Below are positions 37,939-50,990 of a DNA stretch of 64,000 bases, piece after piece (position 1 is the first letter of the stretch; each line of letters opens with the position of its first letter). This DNA is from Octopus sinensis (taxonomy: Eukaryota), in contig NC_043006.1 in the NCBI RefSeq assembly GCF_006345805.1, forward strand, positions 80,972,001-81,036,000, written 5' to 3'. The notes below the pieces were generated by a model that was given only the letters and a program-made list of their open reading frames with translations, was not told the DNA's origin and did not search any database. Position numbers and translations under genes: made by a program.

Positions 37939-38185
37939 GCTCTATCTACGACGATTTCATCTCAATCGAAGGAGAGGGGCTTTCTCCGTTCAGGTTGCGG
38001 ATCCGTGTAATAAGCTGCCAGACGAGATAGTGATGATGCCGACGACCGCTCGGTTCAAAGTCTCTCTTGACCAGAAATGGCCTGAAATCTTTGTATGACC
38101 ACTCTCCCTGTACATAACTCCTTGGCCCCCTACAAGGCCTTGCTTTTGCTTTTTGAGCCCATCAAAATTGAATTGAATTGAATTG
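37939..38185 (+). mobile_element. 5'-truncated CR1 LINE with (ATTGA)n tail and 7-bp TSD, inserted in an S1b remnant
   Basis: RRFHLNRRRGAFSVQVADPCNKLPDEIV...FKVSLDQKWPEIFV* (stop 38096-38098); TSD aattaca at 37932-37938 and 38186-38192. Confidence 0.85.
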
Positions 38186-38688
38186 AATTACATCGGTTTC
38201 AAATTTTGGTACATGTCCAGTAATTTCAGGGGTGGCTGTAAGTCGATTTCATCAACTCCTGTGTTCAAATAGTGCATATTTTATCGACCTCGACCAGATG
38301 AAAAGCAAAGTCAACCTCGGCGAAATGTGAACTCAGAAATGCCACTCAGCATTTTTCTCGGCGGTGTAACCATTCTGCCAGCTACTCAATTATATCAATC
38401 TCAGTATTTGATGCGTTTTTCCTTTTGTCGCCCTCGAAAGGATGAATGGCAGAGTTGAGCTCGGAAACATTTAAGTTCAGAACGTACAGGCATACTAATT
38501 GAAGCTAAGTAATTATGCCTGACTCTGAAATGATTCTGCCAGTTCGTTACTTGAAAATAATAATAATACAAACAACATCAACAGGTATACAAAAATTAAT
38601 GTACAAAATTTTTATTTGCTATTCCCTCTTACGTCCTCTTTCTGCTTATACATACATACAGACAAACAAGCAGGCAGGCAAACATACG

Positions 38689-38737
<49 letters not shown>

Positions 38738-39447
38738 ATAGATATGTACCTTTAGACACATATATACACAAATATGTGTTTGTGGAGAGAGAGGGAGAAA
38801 GAGAGGGAGAGAGAGAGAGCTCAATTTTATGTTATGAGAAGTAAATAAAAAGATTAATTTTGGGGCAAAAATTAGGTTAGAAGTTAATAGACCACTTGCC
38901 AAAATGCTTCATAATCTTTATTAATATTAGTATAGTATTCCCCTTTATGATTCCTCGGCCAGTTTTTTGTTCTTTCTATTATACGTCACTATTTCTTCAT
39001 TCATGGAAATCCTATACATCTCTAATCTTAATTCTCCTGATATAGATTTTGTGCCAAAAAAAGCTAACGCATTCGTTATGCTAAGTTTCAGTTTTATATG
39101 TCTCCGTACCCTAGCCTTTCGGCAAGAAAGTTCGATAGAATAGATACCAAATTGTTACAAAAATAAATCGACCCCAGTAATGGGGTCCATTTGTTGCAGT
39201 AAACACTGCACGGCAATGTCCCAGCAGGTCCACAGTGAATTGACTGAGACAAGCAATAGATAAAAGAATTAATTATATAATTAATCAGCATATGATGTAC
39301 ATGATCTATTACGCACTGTCAAAGTCTTTTCTATGACCTTATCAATAACTATATTATTTTTAAGTAACTCTTTCTTCCCAGCACGTATGTGCATCTCCTT
39401 TTTCAAGGTTCAACATACGATTTCACATCAAAAATCTTGCAAATATA

Positions 39448-40739
39448 CGAGGGGCGTTCAATAAGTAATGCCTCTGATCCACTTGCAGTTGTTTGATCTA
39501 GCTGAAATTTTGCGTGTGCAATTATTTGTATCTCTATGGATTAAGTGGCAAATTACAGCTCTGAACTAATTGTGGTTTCTGATTTACAGGTGTTTGAACT
39601 GAGTCAAGTGTGAAATGGAGCCTGTTGAGTGTCGAGCAGTGATCCAGTTTTTGTATTTGAAAGGTTGCACACCGCGGGAGACTTTTGATGAAATGAAAGT
39701 AACTTATGGTGATGATGCCCCATCATATGTCCTTGTAAAACGCTGGCATCATGAATTCAAACATAGTTGGAACTCTGTGGAAACAGCTCCTAGATCTGGT
39801 CGCCCCCCTTCTGCCATTGATGAGGCATCTGTCCGTCAAGTTGAGGCTGCCATTTTGGAAGATCGACGCATAACTATTCGCCAAATAGCCCATGAGGTCA
39901 AGATTAGTACCGGGTCTGTGGAAACTATCATTCATGACCATTTGCATATGCAAAATGTGTTTGCCAGATGGATTCCCAGGCTGCTCATACCTTTCCAGAA
40001 GCAAGAACGCGTCGAGTGCTCGAGGATGAATTTGGAGATGTGCCAAGAAGATGAGTAAAAATTTTTCAAAAGACTGATTACACAGAATGAGACCTGGGTC
40101 CATCACTATGATCCAGAGACCAAAGCCCAGTCAATGCAGTGGAAGCACCGTGACTCACCTCCTCCAAAGAAGGCAAGGGTGCAGCCATCCGCTGGCAAGG
40201 TCATGCTCACAGTCTTCTGGGACCAGGACGGAGTAGTGATGACAAATTTCCTGGCAAAGGGTACCACAATTACAGGAGCCTGTTATGCTTCACTTTTGAG
40301 GAAATTAAGAGAAGCTATCAAAATCAAGAGGCGGTACAAGATCAGCAAAGGTATCCTCCTCCTGCAGGACAACGCTCCGGTTCACAACTCGCGTCTTGCC
40401 AGATCAGAAGCACAGGTGTGCAGCTATGAACTCCTCCTCCATCCCCTTACTCTCCTGACCTTGCACCCTCTGATTTTCACCTCTTCCCAGCCATGAAGTT
40501 GTTTTTGAAAGGAAAGCGTTTCCCAGATGATGCAGCCTTGATTTCTGAAGTCACGTCGTGGTTGGAGGACCAAGCTGGGGTCTTCTACAAAAACGGTCTC
40601 CAGAGCTGCATCAAACGATGGGAGAAATGCGTAACTGTGGGTGATTCCTATGTAGAAAAAGACTAATAACTGTGCCAAGTTTCGTTTCTCTACTGCTATG
40701 GGAAGTGGGTCAGGGGCAATACTTATTGAACGCCCCTCG
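39448..40739 (+). mobile_element. Full-length mariner transposon (1292 bp, irritans-like), TA TSD
   Basis: TIRs cgaggggcgttcaataagta(a/t)tgcc(t/c)ctga(t/c)ccactt; TA at 39446-39447 and 40740-40741. Confidence 0.96.
39615..40666 (+). pseudogene. Mariner D,D34D transposase pseudogene
   Basis: HTH domain, WIPRLL, ITQNETW (first catalytic D changed to N), QDNAPVH, and PYSPDLAPSDFHLF with 34 residues between D2 and D3. One stop at 40056 and a 1-bp deletion at ~40443. Confidence 0.95.
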
Positions 40740-41060
40740 TATGTTAAAATTGCAATATCCTGCTTGTAAATTTATTTCAATAATACAAAATAATATGGAA
40801 ATATAAATATAAGTATTAATAATAAAAATAAATGTTTATCTAAATATGGCATAAGGCCACCGATTGTGAGAGGAGGAAAAAGTCGATAACATCGACACCA
40901 GAACTTCATTGGTACTTGTTTATCGGCCCCAGAACGATAAATGGCCAAGTGGACCGCGGCCTAATTTGAATTCAAAACGTTATGTGTCGGAACAAATACA
41001 ACTAATATTGGTGCGAAATATTTTATAGAGAAGTTAGTAATATATATTATAGTCTTACAG

Positions 41061-41470
41061 AAAGCGGCGAGCTGGCAAAATCGTTTGCACGCTGGGTGAA
41101 ATGCTTAGCAGCATTTCGTCTGCCGTTACGTTCTGAGTTCAAATTCCGCCGAGGTCGACTTTGCCTTTCATCCTTTCGGGGTCGATTAAATAAGTACCAG
41201 TTACGCATTGGGGTCGATATAATCGACTTAATCCCTGTGTCTGTCCTTGTTTGGCCTCTCTGTGTTTAGCCCCTTGTGGGTAGTGAAGGAATACTATTTC
41301 GTCTGCCGTTACGTTTTGAGTTCAAATTCGGGCAAGGTTGACTTTGCCTTTCATCCTTTCGGGGTCGATTAAATAAGTACCAGTTACGCATTGGGGTCGA
41401 TATAATCGACTTAATCCCTTTGTCTGTCCTTGTTTGTCCCCTCTGTATTTAACCCCTTGTGGGCAATAAA
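41061..41470 (+). mobile_element. S1a dimer (full unit plus headless unit)
   Basis: The second unit restarts at tatttcgtctgccgttacg at ~41295. Confidence 0.88.
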
Positions 41471-42025
41471 AATATATATATATTATTGTCTGACGGTGTG
41501 TCACTTAGAGGGCTCCATCAGCTTACATTTTCTGTGAATGAGTGTGATCCTGCAGAGTACGAGAAAATTGGTTATAGGCGCGGATTGTTTTGTGAAGATA
41601 TTACAGGTGAACATTATTAAACACCGACCACTAAACTTGCTGGATTTTGTCAATATGATGATGATAAGTGTTTCAGACGAAGTAAAATCGGAAAAAAGCT
41701 ACTCTAATACTTTAGAGAGATGCTTGTTTTCTATACAATATTGTGACCCCCAACGTCACTTTGATAGCATGAACTGCCTTCTCCCTCAATAATAAAAAAC
41801 AGCAATAATCTTTTCTACTAAAGGTGCAGAGCCTGAAAGTTGGTGGAAGAGGACAAGTCGAGTACATCGACACCAGAACATAACTGGTACTTATTTTGTC
41901 GACCTCAAGTGGACGGAAATCAAAGCTGACCTCTGCGGATTTCGAACTCAAAATGTAAAGATTGACGAAATGCCGCTAATAATCTTTTTTCCGGCGTGCT
42001 AACGATTCTGCCTGCTGGTCAACAT

Positions 42026-42087
<62 letters not shown>

Positions 42088-42089
<2 letters not shown>

Positions 42090-42643
42090 GCCCTGATGCA
42101 GTACCAGGCAGTGGCTCTCATGGCTTCTGATCTTAACTGATTGAAAGCGTTATCATGTACTTTGTTTTGTCTTGGTATAAAAGATGGGCTACAGCAAATA
42201 TTCTGCTCAATACCACAGATTTGCTTGTCAGTTGTTTGACCTTAACCAGGTGAGCAAGTCCCTTAGTGGCTGACGATATGTGCATCTCTGATCACGAGCA
42301 GAAGTAGTGGGGGAGCATCATAGCCATGTGTTGAGAAGGATTCTTTGGGGTTTGAATAATTCACCTCTGGAAATATGGGTGTTTCGTTCACCGTCCTTAA
42401 ACAACCCTTATTCAGGGACGTTTTGAGCGGGATGGGTTACTCGATCTGAACAAAATTCTAATTGGGCTCCACCTGCAAGGTCATGTGCTGTTTATCTTGA
42501 TATGAGATCACCGTGTCGCGCACATATGGTTGTGATGCATGTGCCTGGTGTACCCTTATCAGACGGGTAGTCATGATGGGTATACTGGGCTTCGTATATT
42601 TTACCCCAGTGTCACTTTGATGGCATGCTCTGCTCGCTCACTC
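42088..42643 (+). mobile_element. ~556-bp element inserted within (AAT)n; probable LINE 3' UTR
   Basis: Complex non-coding sequence flanked by (AAT)n on both sides. Its identity as a LINE 3' UTR is inference. Confidence 0.55.
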
Positions 42644-42994
42644 AATAATAATAATAATAATAGTAAATCTTTCTAACACAAGTCCTGAAATTTGGGGGAA
42701 GAGGACAAGTCGACTACATCGAATTCAGTGGTTCATTGGTATTTAATTTATCAACCCCGAAATGATAAAAGGCAAAGTCGACCTCGGCAAAGTTTGAACT
42801 AATGATAATGATAATAAGCCTCTTTACAGGAGGCACAAGGCCTCAAATTTGTGGGAGAGGACTAGTCGATTACATCGACCGCAGTGTTTCACTGGTTCTT
42901 AATTTATTGACCCGAAAGGATGAAAAGCAAAGTCGACCTCGGCGGAGTTTGAAGTAATAATAATAATAATAATAATAATAATGATAATAAAAAT

Positions 42995-43136
42995 AAAATT
43001 GCACTACTGGGCACTGCACATACCCTACGCAAAACATTTTCAATACAGTAACCATAAGAGCATCACAACAAACCACAGCAGATACCCAAGGCACACAGAG
43101 CTATGCTCGGTAGTGAAGTGAAAGCACGCTATAAAA
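42995..43136 (+). mobile_element. 3' end of R4/Dong-like RLE non-LTR retrotransposon
   Basis: KIALLGTAHTLRKTFSIQ* (42995-43051) matches the R4-clade C-terminal QK..LLGTA.ILRK motif; begins directly after (AAT)n. Confidence 0.75.
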
Positions 43137-43368
43137 TATATTTCATTTATTAGCCACTAGGACCGACATATAGGAGATGATGCAGTGCGTAACTGGTAAT
43201 TATTCAATTGACCCTGAAGGATGGAAGGCACAGTCCACCCCGGCGAAATTTGAACTCAGAACATAGCGGCAGACAAAATAACGCTAAGCATTTTGCCTTG
43301 CGTGCTAACGGTTGTGCCAGCTCGCGTCCTTAATAATAATAATAATAATAATAATGATAATAATAATA

Positions 43369-43415
<47 letters not shown>

Positions 43416-44528
43416 GTGGTGGTTTGAAATTTTACCACAAGGGCGGCATCTTGGTGGGGAGGAGATAAGTCGACACCAGTGTTCAACTGGTACTTATTTT
43501 ATCGACTCTGAAAGAATGAAAGGCAAAGTCGACCCCGTTGAAATTTGAGCTAATAACAGCAACAACAACAATAATAATAATGTGAAAAAATCATTGAATT
43601 ATCAGAGGGTGAGTTCACAAAAAAAAGAAGGAAAAAAATTCCTTACTCAGTTTTGTAACGTCCCTTTACGCCATGTTGTCAAATGTGCTAGAGTTCCACC
43701 TTTGTATTTTATCCATCTATCATGGGTAAATTAAAAGAACAGTCAAGTACTAGAGAAATAGATTTAATCAAATATATATATACATACTTCAAATCGAATA
43801 TATGTGGCGTTAAGTCTATGCTAAAAATCAATATCATATATGTGTGTGTGTTTGTGCCTTTTTGTGTGAATTTATGTATGTATGCATCAATGTATGTATG
43901 TATTTATCTATCTATCTATGTATTTAGGTATCTCTCTATCTATTTCTTTCTATGTATCTACATGCATATTGCACACGAACAAAAAACTCACACCCTCCCC
44001 ACACGCATAAACACACACACGTACACGCGCACATACACGCACACACGCGCCCGGGGCTTATAATAACGACCTCCTGATTTTCTGTTATTCTCCAGAGAAA
44101 TGGTATTCACACCTTTCAGTAGCTACAATAGAAGTCATGAAGATATAGTAGACACGAACAGTTCACGAAATACATTGACCATTGAAGCGTAACACAGCAC
44201 TCATGTCTTCAATTGTGATACTTCTAATTAGGCTACAGAACTGCGCATTACATTATTTATCATCGCTGAGTATTAAATTACATTGAGGTGCATTAGTTAG
44301 ATTATGCCTAAATTAACTGTAAATAAGAATTTCGTTGCAAAAGAACTGACGTCCTATTTTCGAATTGCAATGTATTGTGTGTCTGTGCGTGTCTATTTTT
44401 CACAAACACGAAACCAGTATATATTTATTAGAATATGAGCATGAGGCATTATGATGGTTATATTTTTTCTAATAGCATCCGTATTGTAAATAAAATTAAA
44501 TGACGAGGGAAAACGAATCGACATTGTA

Positions 44529-45094
44529 TTGGGTTGTCCGGAAAGTTCGTGCCGATTTATAGTAGCTTACCTTTCGACTTATTTTAGAACATGGTTGAGT
44601 CCATAAAATAGGATTTCACTACATCTCCAGTTAGAGCACCGTTTAAGCTATCTTTTCGTGGAAGAAGGTTTATGTCCCTATAACCTGTGTGAATTCTGTA
44701 ACCCTTTAAAATGGAAGATAAGAAAGTTCATTTTCGACACTTGATGATTTGGGAACCAGACAAAAATTGTTGCAGCTCGGCTGGGATGTGTTACCCCACC
44801 ATCCATATTCACCAGATATTGCTCCTTTGGATTTCCACTTATTCAGGTCTCTGCAGAATAGTCTTAATGGTAAAAAATTCAACTCCTTGATTGTCGTAAA
44901 AAGATACCTTGATGAATTCTTTGCCATGAAACCACCTCAATTCTGGGAAGAGGGTATCTTCAAGTTAAAGGAAAGATGTATACACTTTGTGCAACAAAAT
45001 GGCTTATAATTGTTTGATTAAAAATGTAATAGCAAGTATTTATTGACCGTTTTCTTTCCTTTAAAAATCGGCACGAACTTTCCGGACAACCCAA
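44529..45094 (+). mobile_element. Internally deleted mariner (566 bp, mellifera-like) with perfect 30-bp TIRs and TA TSD
   Basis: TIR ttgggttgtccggaaagttcgtgccgattt. N-terminal MEDKKVHFRHLMIW (ATG 44711) is joined out of frame to TRQKLLQLGWDVLPHHPYSPDIAPLDFHLFRSLQNSL. Confidence 0.95.
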
Positions 45095-46109
45095 TACTTT
45101 GGGTACTTTTACTTGCAATAAATGCAGGACTTGCGTATCAAAAGAGAAGTAGGTCGGTGGTAGGTTTTAGGGCTTTTCTGAAAAATATTGAAAACTTAAG
45201 TGAAATAAACATTTATCCACAGCATTAAAACTTAAACGTATTTATGATACAAATATGATTCGCCCACAGTAGAGGGTGAATATATTCTTAAGGTCAACTT
45301 TTAGTCACACGCGAGCAGCTCTAGGCTTCATCACTAATTCAGTTCTGACCCAAACTGAATGAGTTTTTACTAGCAATGATGCTCTAATCCTAAACTCTAT
45401 TCTGAGATAAAATAACTGAAATTTGGTTTATTAGAAAAAACGTTAGGTCAAAACATGTAAGGTTAAAATGGGAAAGTAAGGCAAAAGATTAATTTTAATC
45501 AAAATATATCAGTTATTTTAAAATTATAAAATAATTGGGTTGAAAAATGTGTTCATTGAGAAGAATCTTTTGATGGAAACCTCGCTAATAAAACATTAGA
45601 TATGAAAATGGTAGTGTAGCTTTCAATGACGAAAAAATGGTAATTAACACTTCAAAATGGTTTTGATTCAGAATAACCTGGCTATTGTAAAAGAAAAATT
45701 ATACAATAGTTGAGTTCTAATGAAGAGCTCCACGAAAAGAAGCTAATAGTGAAAGTTTTGTCAAAAAATATATGCTACTTTAAAGTGGTGTGAATTTAAG
45801 TGATAAATTTAAACAAACCAGAATATTTTTGTTATTGTAAGATATTTATCGTTATGAAAGACGATATATGATGTCAGCCTAATGGTATAGAGCGCTCATC
45901 AGGAATTTGACGGGTATAGGATTCCATACTCTGTACTGGCTTGCTGCCGCTTTCTTTTTTTAAAAAAAACATCATCTATGAGTGTTTACACGATTATTCA
46001 AGCTGACTTTACAACTTTTTCCCAGTTGGAAATTTCCTTTTTCTTCTCTAAAGTTCCACCTCACTTGGCGCTTCGAAATTTCTTTATATACATATATATA
46101 TATTCTGTT

Positions 46110-46509
46110 ATTCTGTTATTTGTTTCAGTCATTTGACTGCGGCCATGATGGAACTCTGCCTTTAGTCGAACAAATCGTCCCCAGGACTTATTCTTAGTAA
46201 GCCTATTACGTATCGTATCGGTCTATTTTGCCGAACCGGTAAGTTACGGGGACGTAAACACACCAACATCTGTTGTCAAGCGATGGTGGCAGGGGAGACA
46301 AACACAGACACACAAACAAACACACACACATATATATAAATGTATACGACGGGCTTCTTTCAGTTTCTGTCTACCAAATCCACTCACAAGGCTTTGGTCG
46401 GCCCGAGGCTATACTACCACAAACTCTCCCAAGTGACCACGCAGTGGGACTGAATCCAGAACCATTTGGTTAGTAAGGAAACTACTTACCACACAGCTAC
46501 GTTTGCGCC
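46110..46509 (-). mobile_element. SINE S3, full length
   Basis: Homology to 11943-12349. Confidence 0.9.
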
Positions 46510-48203
46510 AAATATATATATATATATACATATTCAAACTGTCTGAACTAGCAGTTTTTATGTAAATGATGCCTTTGCTCAAAGTGAACATATTTATCAC
46601 CGATTACAAGCTATAGTTAATTATGGGGTTTCGGCAACATCACACGTTTTTGGAGAATCTGTTATTAATAAAGAGGGGCTCCTCATGGTCATATGAATAT
46701 TTCGATGAATCATATACGTATTCATGACAAAGATCCTCCAGAAAAAGAATTCAAAAATATATATTACTTGCAAATTGTCATGTCCAGTATTTAGCACCAT
46801 CTCTTTACAATTTGGTCAATTATTTTCAGATGATTCATGCAGCAAAACTTAAACGACCATTATGGAAAAGGAAAAAGAAAATCTGGTGAAGTATGACAAC
46901 TTGGCTTTCTTAATGCTGAAAGATAATTCAATTTCTTCACTGTTGATAAAGGTGTTAAGTTAAGAAGAAATGGAAAAGGCGTTAAAAAGTTTTGTCAACT
47001 TCAAAGAAAAACCATTTGAAAATTTTTCCACTGATTATAATCTTTACTGCCTTTAATATAGGCAATATTGGAGAAAACAGTATGATAATGAAAAAATACG
47101 TGACGAGCTACCAAGCAAAAACTGTGTTTGACAAAATTTTGAACAAAGTTAATTTCTGAAATTGTTTATCAAACGTTTCGCTTTTTTATATTTAAAAAAT
47201 TGTTTGCTTCTTGCATTTGAAAAGAAATTAAGTTAATATTTTTTTTTTAATTTAAAAATGACTTTATATTAAAACATTCATGTTTTATTTTTAGCATTAC
47301 TAAAATGTGAAATATAAAAGTAAATATAATTAATTACAATAACGGAGAAAAGTGGACTAGAATGAAAATTGTGGATGCAGAGTGCTAGAATATTCTTAAG
47401 TATTGAACCTGGAAAAATACAGGATATGCAGTAGTTAACGAAAAATGCAAGTCAATGAAACAAAGTTTGATTATATAAATATAGTACTAAATGCCCTCTT
47501 ATTATTTCATTTTCACATAATTGTTTAAATTAAAATATTCAAGAAGCTATTTTCAATTTCAGTGAAAAAGCTAATTGCCTGCAAGTGTCCATATTAAATA
47601 TTTAATATCACGAATCTAGTGCTTTATTAAAAAAATCGCTTAATAGCAATTTAAGCAAAATTGACGACGTATTATAACCCCAAAGCTTTTGTTATAAAAT
47701 GTAGCCATTTCTTCATTTTGCACTCCATTTGTTCATTAGCTTTTATCTTCTTATAAAAATATTCTTCTGACAGTAAATAGAAGTTACTTGGTTATCTGAT
47801 AGTGCAAACTTTAAAGAAATTAATTCTTTTGAATCTTTAAAATATTTTTTTACAATTTTTCACCCTTATATTTCAATCCTACATGAATTTACTTTTAACA
47901 CAATATTTGCGATATAAAATTTTTGGATAATGAATTTTAGTAAGAAAATAAAATAAATAAAAAATAATACAATACTAAAAGTAAGACAGACATATTTTAG
48001 ATTATTGCAAACAATTTTTTAATCTAGAATGTTAAATTAAAATAATTTGCAATGGAAATCAAAAAAATATATAAAAAAGAAAAAGTGAACACACTATTTG
48101 ATGAACAATTTCAGAAATTCCTTTACCAAATTCTAAATTTCGCAGCAATACTTAACCTTTTTTAAATTCCTGTATTCTTCCACGTCCATTACTTAAGACT
48201 ATT

Positions 48204-48790
48204 AAGACAGCGAGCTGGCAGAAATGTTAGCGCGCCGGGCGAAATGCTTAGCGATATATCGTCTGCCGCTACATTCTGAGTTCAAATTCCGCCAAGGTCG
48301 ACTTTGCCTTTCATCCTTTCGGGGTCGATTAAATAAGTACCAGTTATGCACTGGAGTCGATATAATCGACTTAATCCGTTTGTGTATCCTTGTTTGTCCT
48401 CTCTGTGTTTAGCCCCTTGTGGGTAGTAAAGAAATAGGTATTTCATCTGCCGCTACGTTGTGAGTTCAAATTCCGCCGGGGTCGACTTTGCCTTTCATCC
48501 TTTCGGGGGTCGATTAAATAAGTACCAGTTATGCACTGGGGTTGATGTAATCGGCTTAATCCGTTTGTCTGTCCTTGTTTGTCCTGTCTATGTTTAGCCC
48601 CTTGTGGGTAATAAAGAAACAAGTATTTCGTCTGTCTTTACGTTCTGAGTTCAAATTTTGCCGAGGTCGACTTTGCCCCTCATCCTTTTGGGGTCGATAA
48701 ATAAACTACTTGTTGCATATTGGGGTTGATCTAATCGACTATCCCCCTCCCCCAAAATGTCAGAACTTGTGTCTAGAGTAAAAAAAAGAT
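48204..48790 (+). mobile_element. S1 trimer (S1a, headless S1a, headless S1b)
   Basis: Units restart at ggtatttcatctg (~48437) and agtatttcgtctg (~48622). Confidence 0.88.
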
Positions 48791-49869
48791 TACAATATAG
48801 ATAGATTAGAAGAATATCTTGCGCTATTTAGTTGCGTTCCATTACACTGAGATTTCAAATCCCAACGAAGTCCATAAATTAAGTTGAAGCTTAGTAACAG
48901 GGTCGATATCATCGACTTTTCTTTCCGCATAAATTTTTTCACTTTGTACCGAAGCTACAAATCAATATTTTATACTTCACGTTAACATATTCCTGATTGA
49001 ATCAATTGGAAAAATTCAACTTCACTATAGGCTTATATAATATTTGTCAATACCTTTGTTGGTTACAAGGCATTTGGCTCGTTCTTTTGTTTTACGATTT
49101 ATTTGAAAACAGCTTTTGGGGGATTATAGATGTTTTGCGTGAACACAACGCAGCAAAACTTACAGGACAGATAGATCAATAGATAGTTATAAGTACACAT
49201 TTTTTACGATCGAATTATTTACCTAATACTGAAGATGCTCACTTCGCAATAGATTTAATGTATGTTGATACACTTGCGGTTAAAATCAGTTCCTTTAAGG
49301 CAATTACGAATCCAACAAAATAGTCCCGACCGATAAGAGTAGGACAGACGAATTGCATATGGGTGTGTGCTTAAAAAATGATTATGAATAAGGCTATAGA
49401 ACAATGTTTTCTACTGGGGATTTTCTGCAGCAACTGCTTTCCCTGAGTGATTGTTCAAAGGTCCCCTTGAAACAGTAATAAATAGGTGAATTATACGCAA
49501 ATACAGTTTCGAATAAATTTTGTTGTTTAAATGTTATACTAGTATTTTTATTATAAATGCATTGTACTTTCTCTTCCGTAGGAAACTTCTAATATATTTC
49601 AGAAGTAAGGAGATCTTGTGGGTAAAGTAACTACATAAGTGGAAACAATAAAGGGATTTAGATAAAAAAAAGAAATAAAAACAAGGCTTTAAGTTTAAGC
49701 AAAATTTCTTATACCGTCTTTCTGGTGTCTGCTAAAAGCTGTAAAGAACAATTTTATAGCTTCATTAATCCCTTGATGAATCTTAATCCATTATCCAAAC
49801 TATAGCTTTAGGATATTTGAAGGCCATGCCATGTGAAGAATTACATTAGTTTTGTTTCTTTTAAATAAA

Positions 49870-50420
49870 ATATTACGCATAAAGCCATGGAGTGTCATTG
49901 GATGAGTGTATTGCAAGTGACCGATTTCAAATTACTTGGTGCTACAAAGAGCACAATTTGCGGCAGCGGGATCAGCCGTAAATTCACTTAATACATTATG
50001 GGAGGACAGCACTTTTAACAAGAACATCAAATTAAAACTTTTCGAGACACTGGCCTGGTCTGTTGGCTTGTATGGATGTGAAAACTAAACCCTAAGAGAA
50101 AACGACATTGCCAAACTCAGTGAAGTTGAATTGTGTTGAGAATCAAATGGGCTGACCATCGAACAAACTACTCAGTACTTGTGTAGGTGTAAACAGACAG
50201 ATAATTTTAGTCAACTCTTTAGAAGAGAATAGTACTGTATTTTGAAAATATAAGACCTCAGTAACTGCACCCTAGAGGCATGAGTCATTGTAAAACGAGA
50301 AATACGCAAGCTGATTGACATCAAAGTAGGGGAAGGGAGACCTGAAAGTAAAAGCCATCGCCAGAGGCAGGAAAAGATGGAGAGGGATGATGCATACGTC
50401 TATTGATTCCCGATCCTCAG
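49870..50420 (+). mobile_element. RTE-clade LINE RT C-terminal relic
   Basis: NSLNTLWEDSTFNKNIKLKLFETLAWSVGLYGCEN*TL...RIKWADHRTNYSVL (frameshifted). Confidence 0.85.
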
Positions 50421-50542
50421 AAAAGAGAATATAAATTAGCAAGGTGAGGTATGGCATTATGCATAAGAAATATTAAAAAAATAATGGTATTTCACAAGGT
50501 ATTTATAGTGCACATTAGGAAAATAAATATATATCTTTAATA

Positions 50543-50750
50543 TTTTACTTGTTTCAGTCATTAGACTGCGGCCATGCTTTGGTACCGCCATAAAGTTTTA
50601 GTCGAAGCAATCGACCCAGTACTTCTTTTAACGTGGCAATTATTTTATCGGTTCATTTTTTCCGAACCGCTAGCTTACGGCTACGCGAACACGCCAACAC
50701 CGGTTATCAAACGGTAGGGGGTGGACAAACACATACACAAACACACACAC

Positions 50751-50797
<47 letters not shown>

Positions 50798-50990
50798 GCA
50801 CACAGACAAACAAATTTATCTATCTATATATATATCTACGACGGCCTTTCAGTTTCTGTCAACCAAATACACGCACAAGGCTCTGCTCGATCGGCGGTTA
50901 CAGCAGAAGACACACGTTCAAGGTGCTACGCAGTGGGAATGAGGCATGTAGTTGGGAAGCAAACGTCTGACTATACAATCACACCTGCAA
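50543..50990 (-). mobile_element. SINE S3, diverged
   Basis: S3 tail and central domain, with an expanded (TA)n inside. Confidence 0.8.

Larger units (their letters stand above)
41805..43550 (-). mobile_element. Cluster of S1b SINE fragments (41805-42016, 42663-42800, 42818-42953, 43150-43330, 43415-43550) separated by (AAT)n tracts
   Basis: Each carries the gaaaggatgaaaggcaaagtcgacc core; (AAT)n at 42027-42087, 42644-42662, 42954-42990 and 43331-43413. Confidence 0.85.

Noticed and set aside
45896-45903. CTGATGAG on the minus strand (hammerhead core)
   Set aside because: No stem II or GAAA follows.
1844-48790. tRNA-like A/B boxes and regularly repeated units resembling tRNA genes or a CRISPR array
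   Set aside because: These are SINE heads and multimers: no complete cloverleaf, no spacer-repeat structure, no cas genes.
49582-49604. 23-nt plus-strand micro-exon-like segment with strong acceptor and donor
   Set aside because: Not frame-preserving and no plus-strand gene context.
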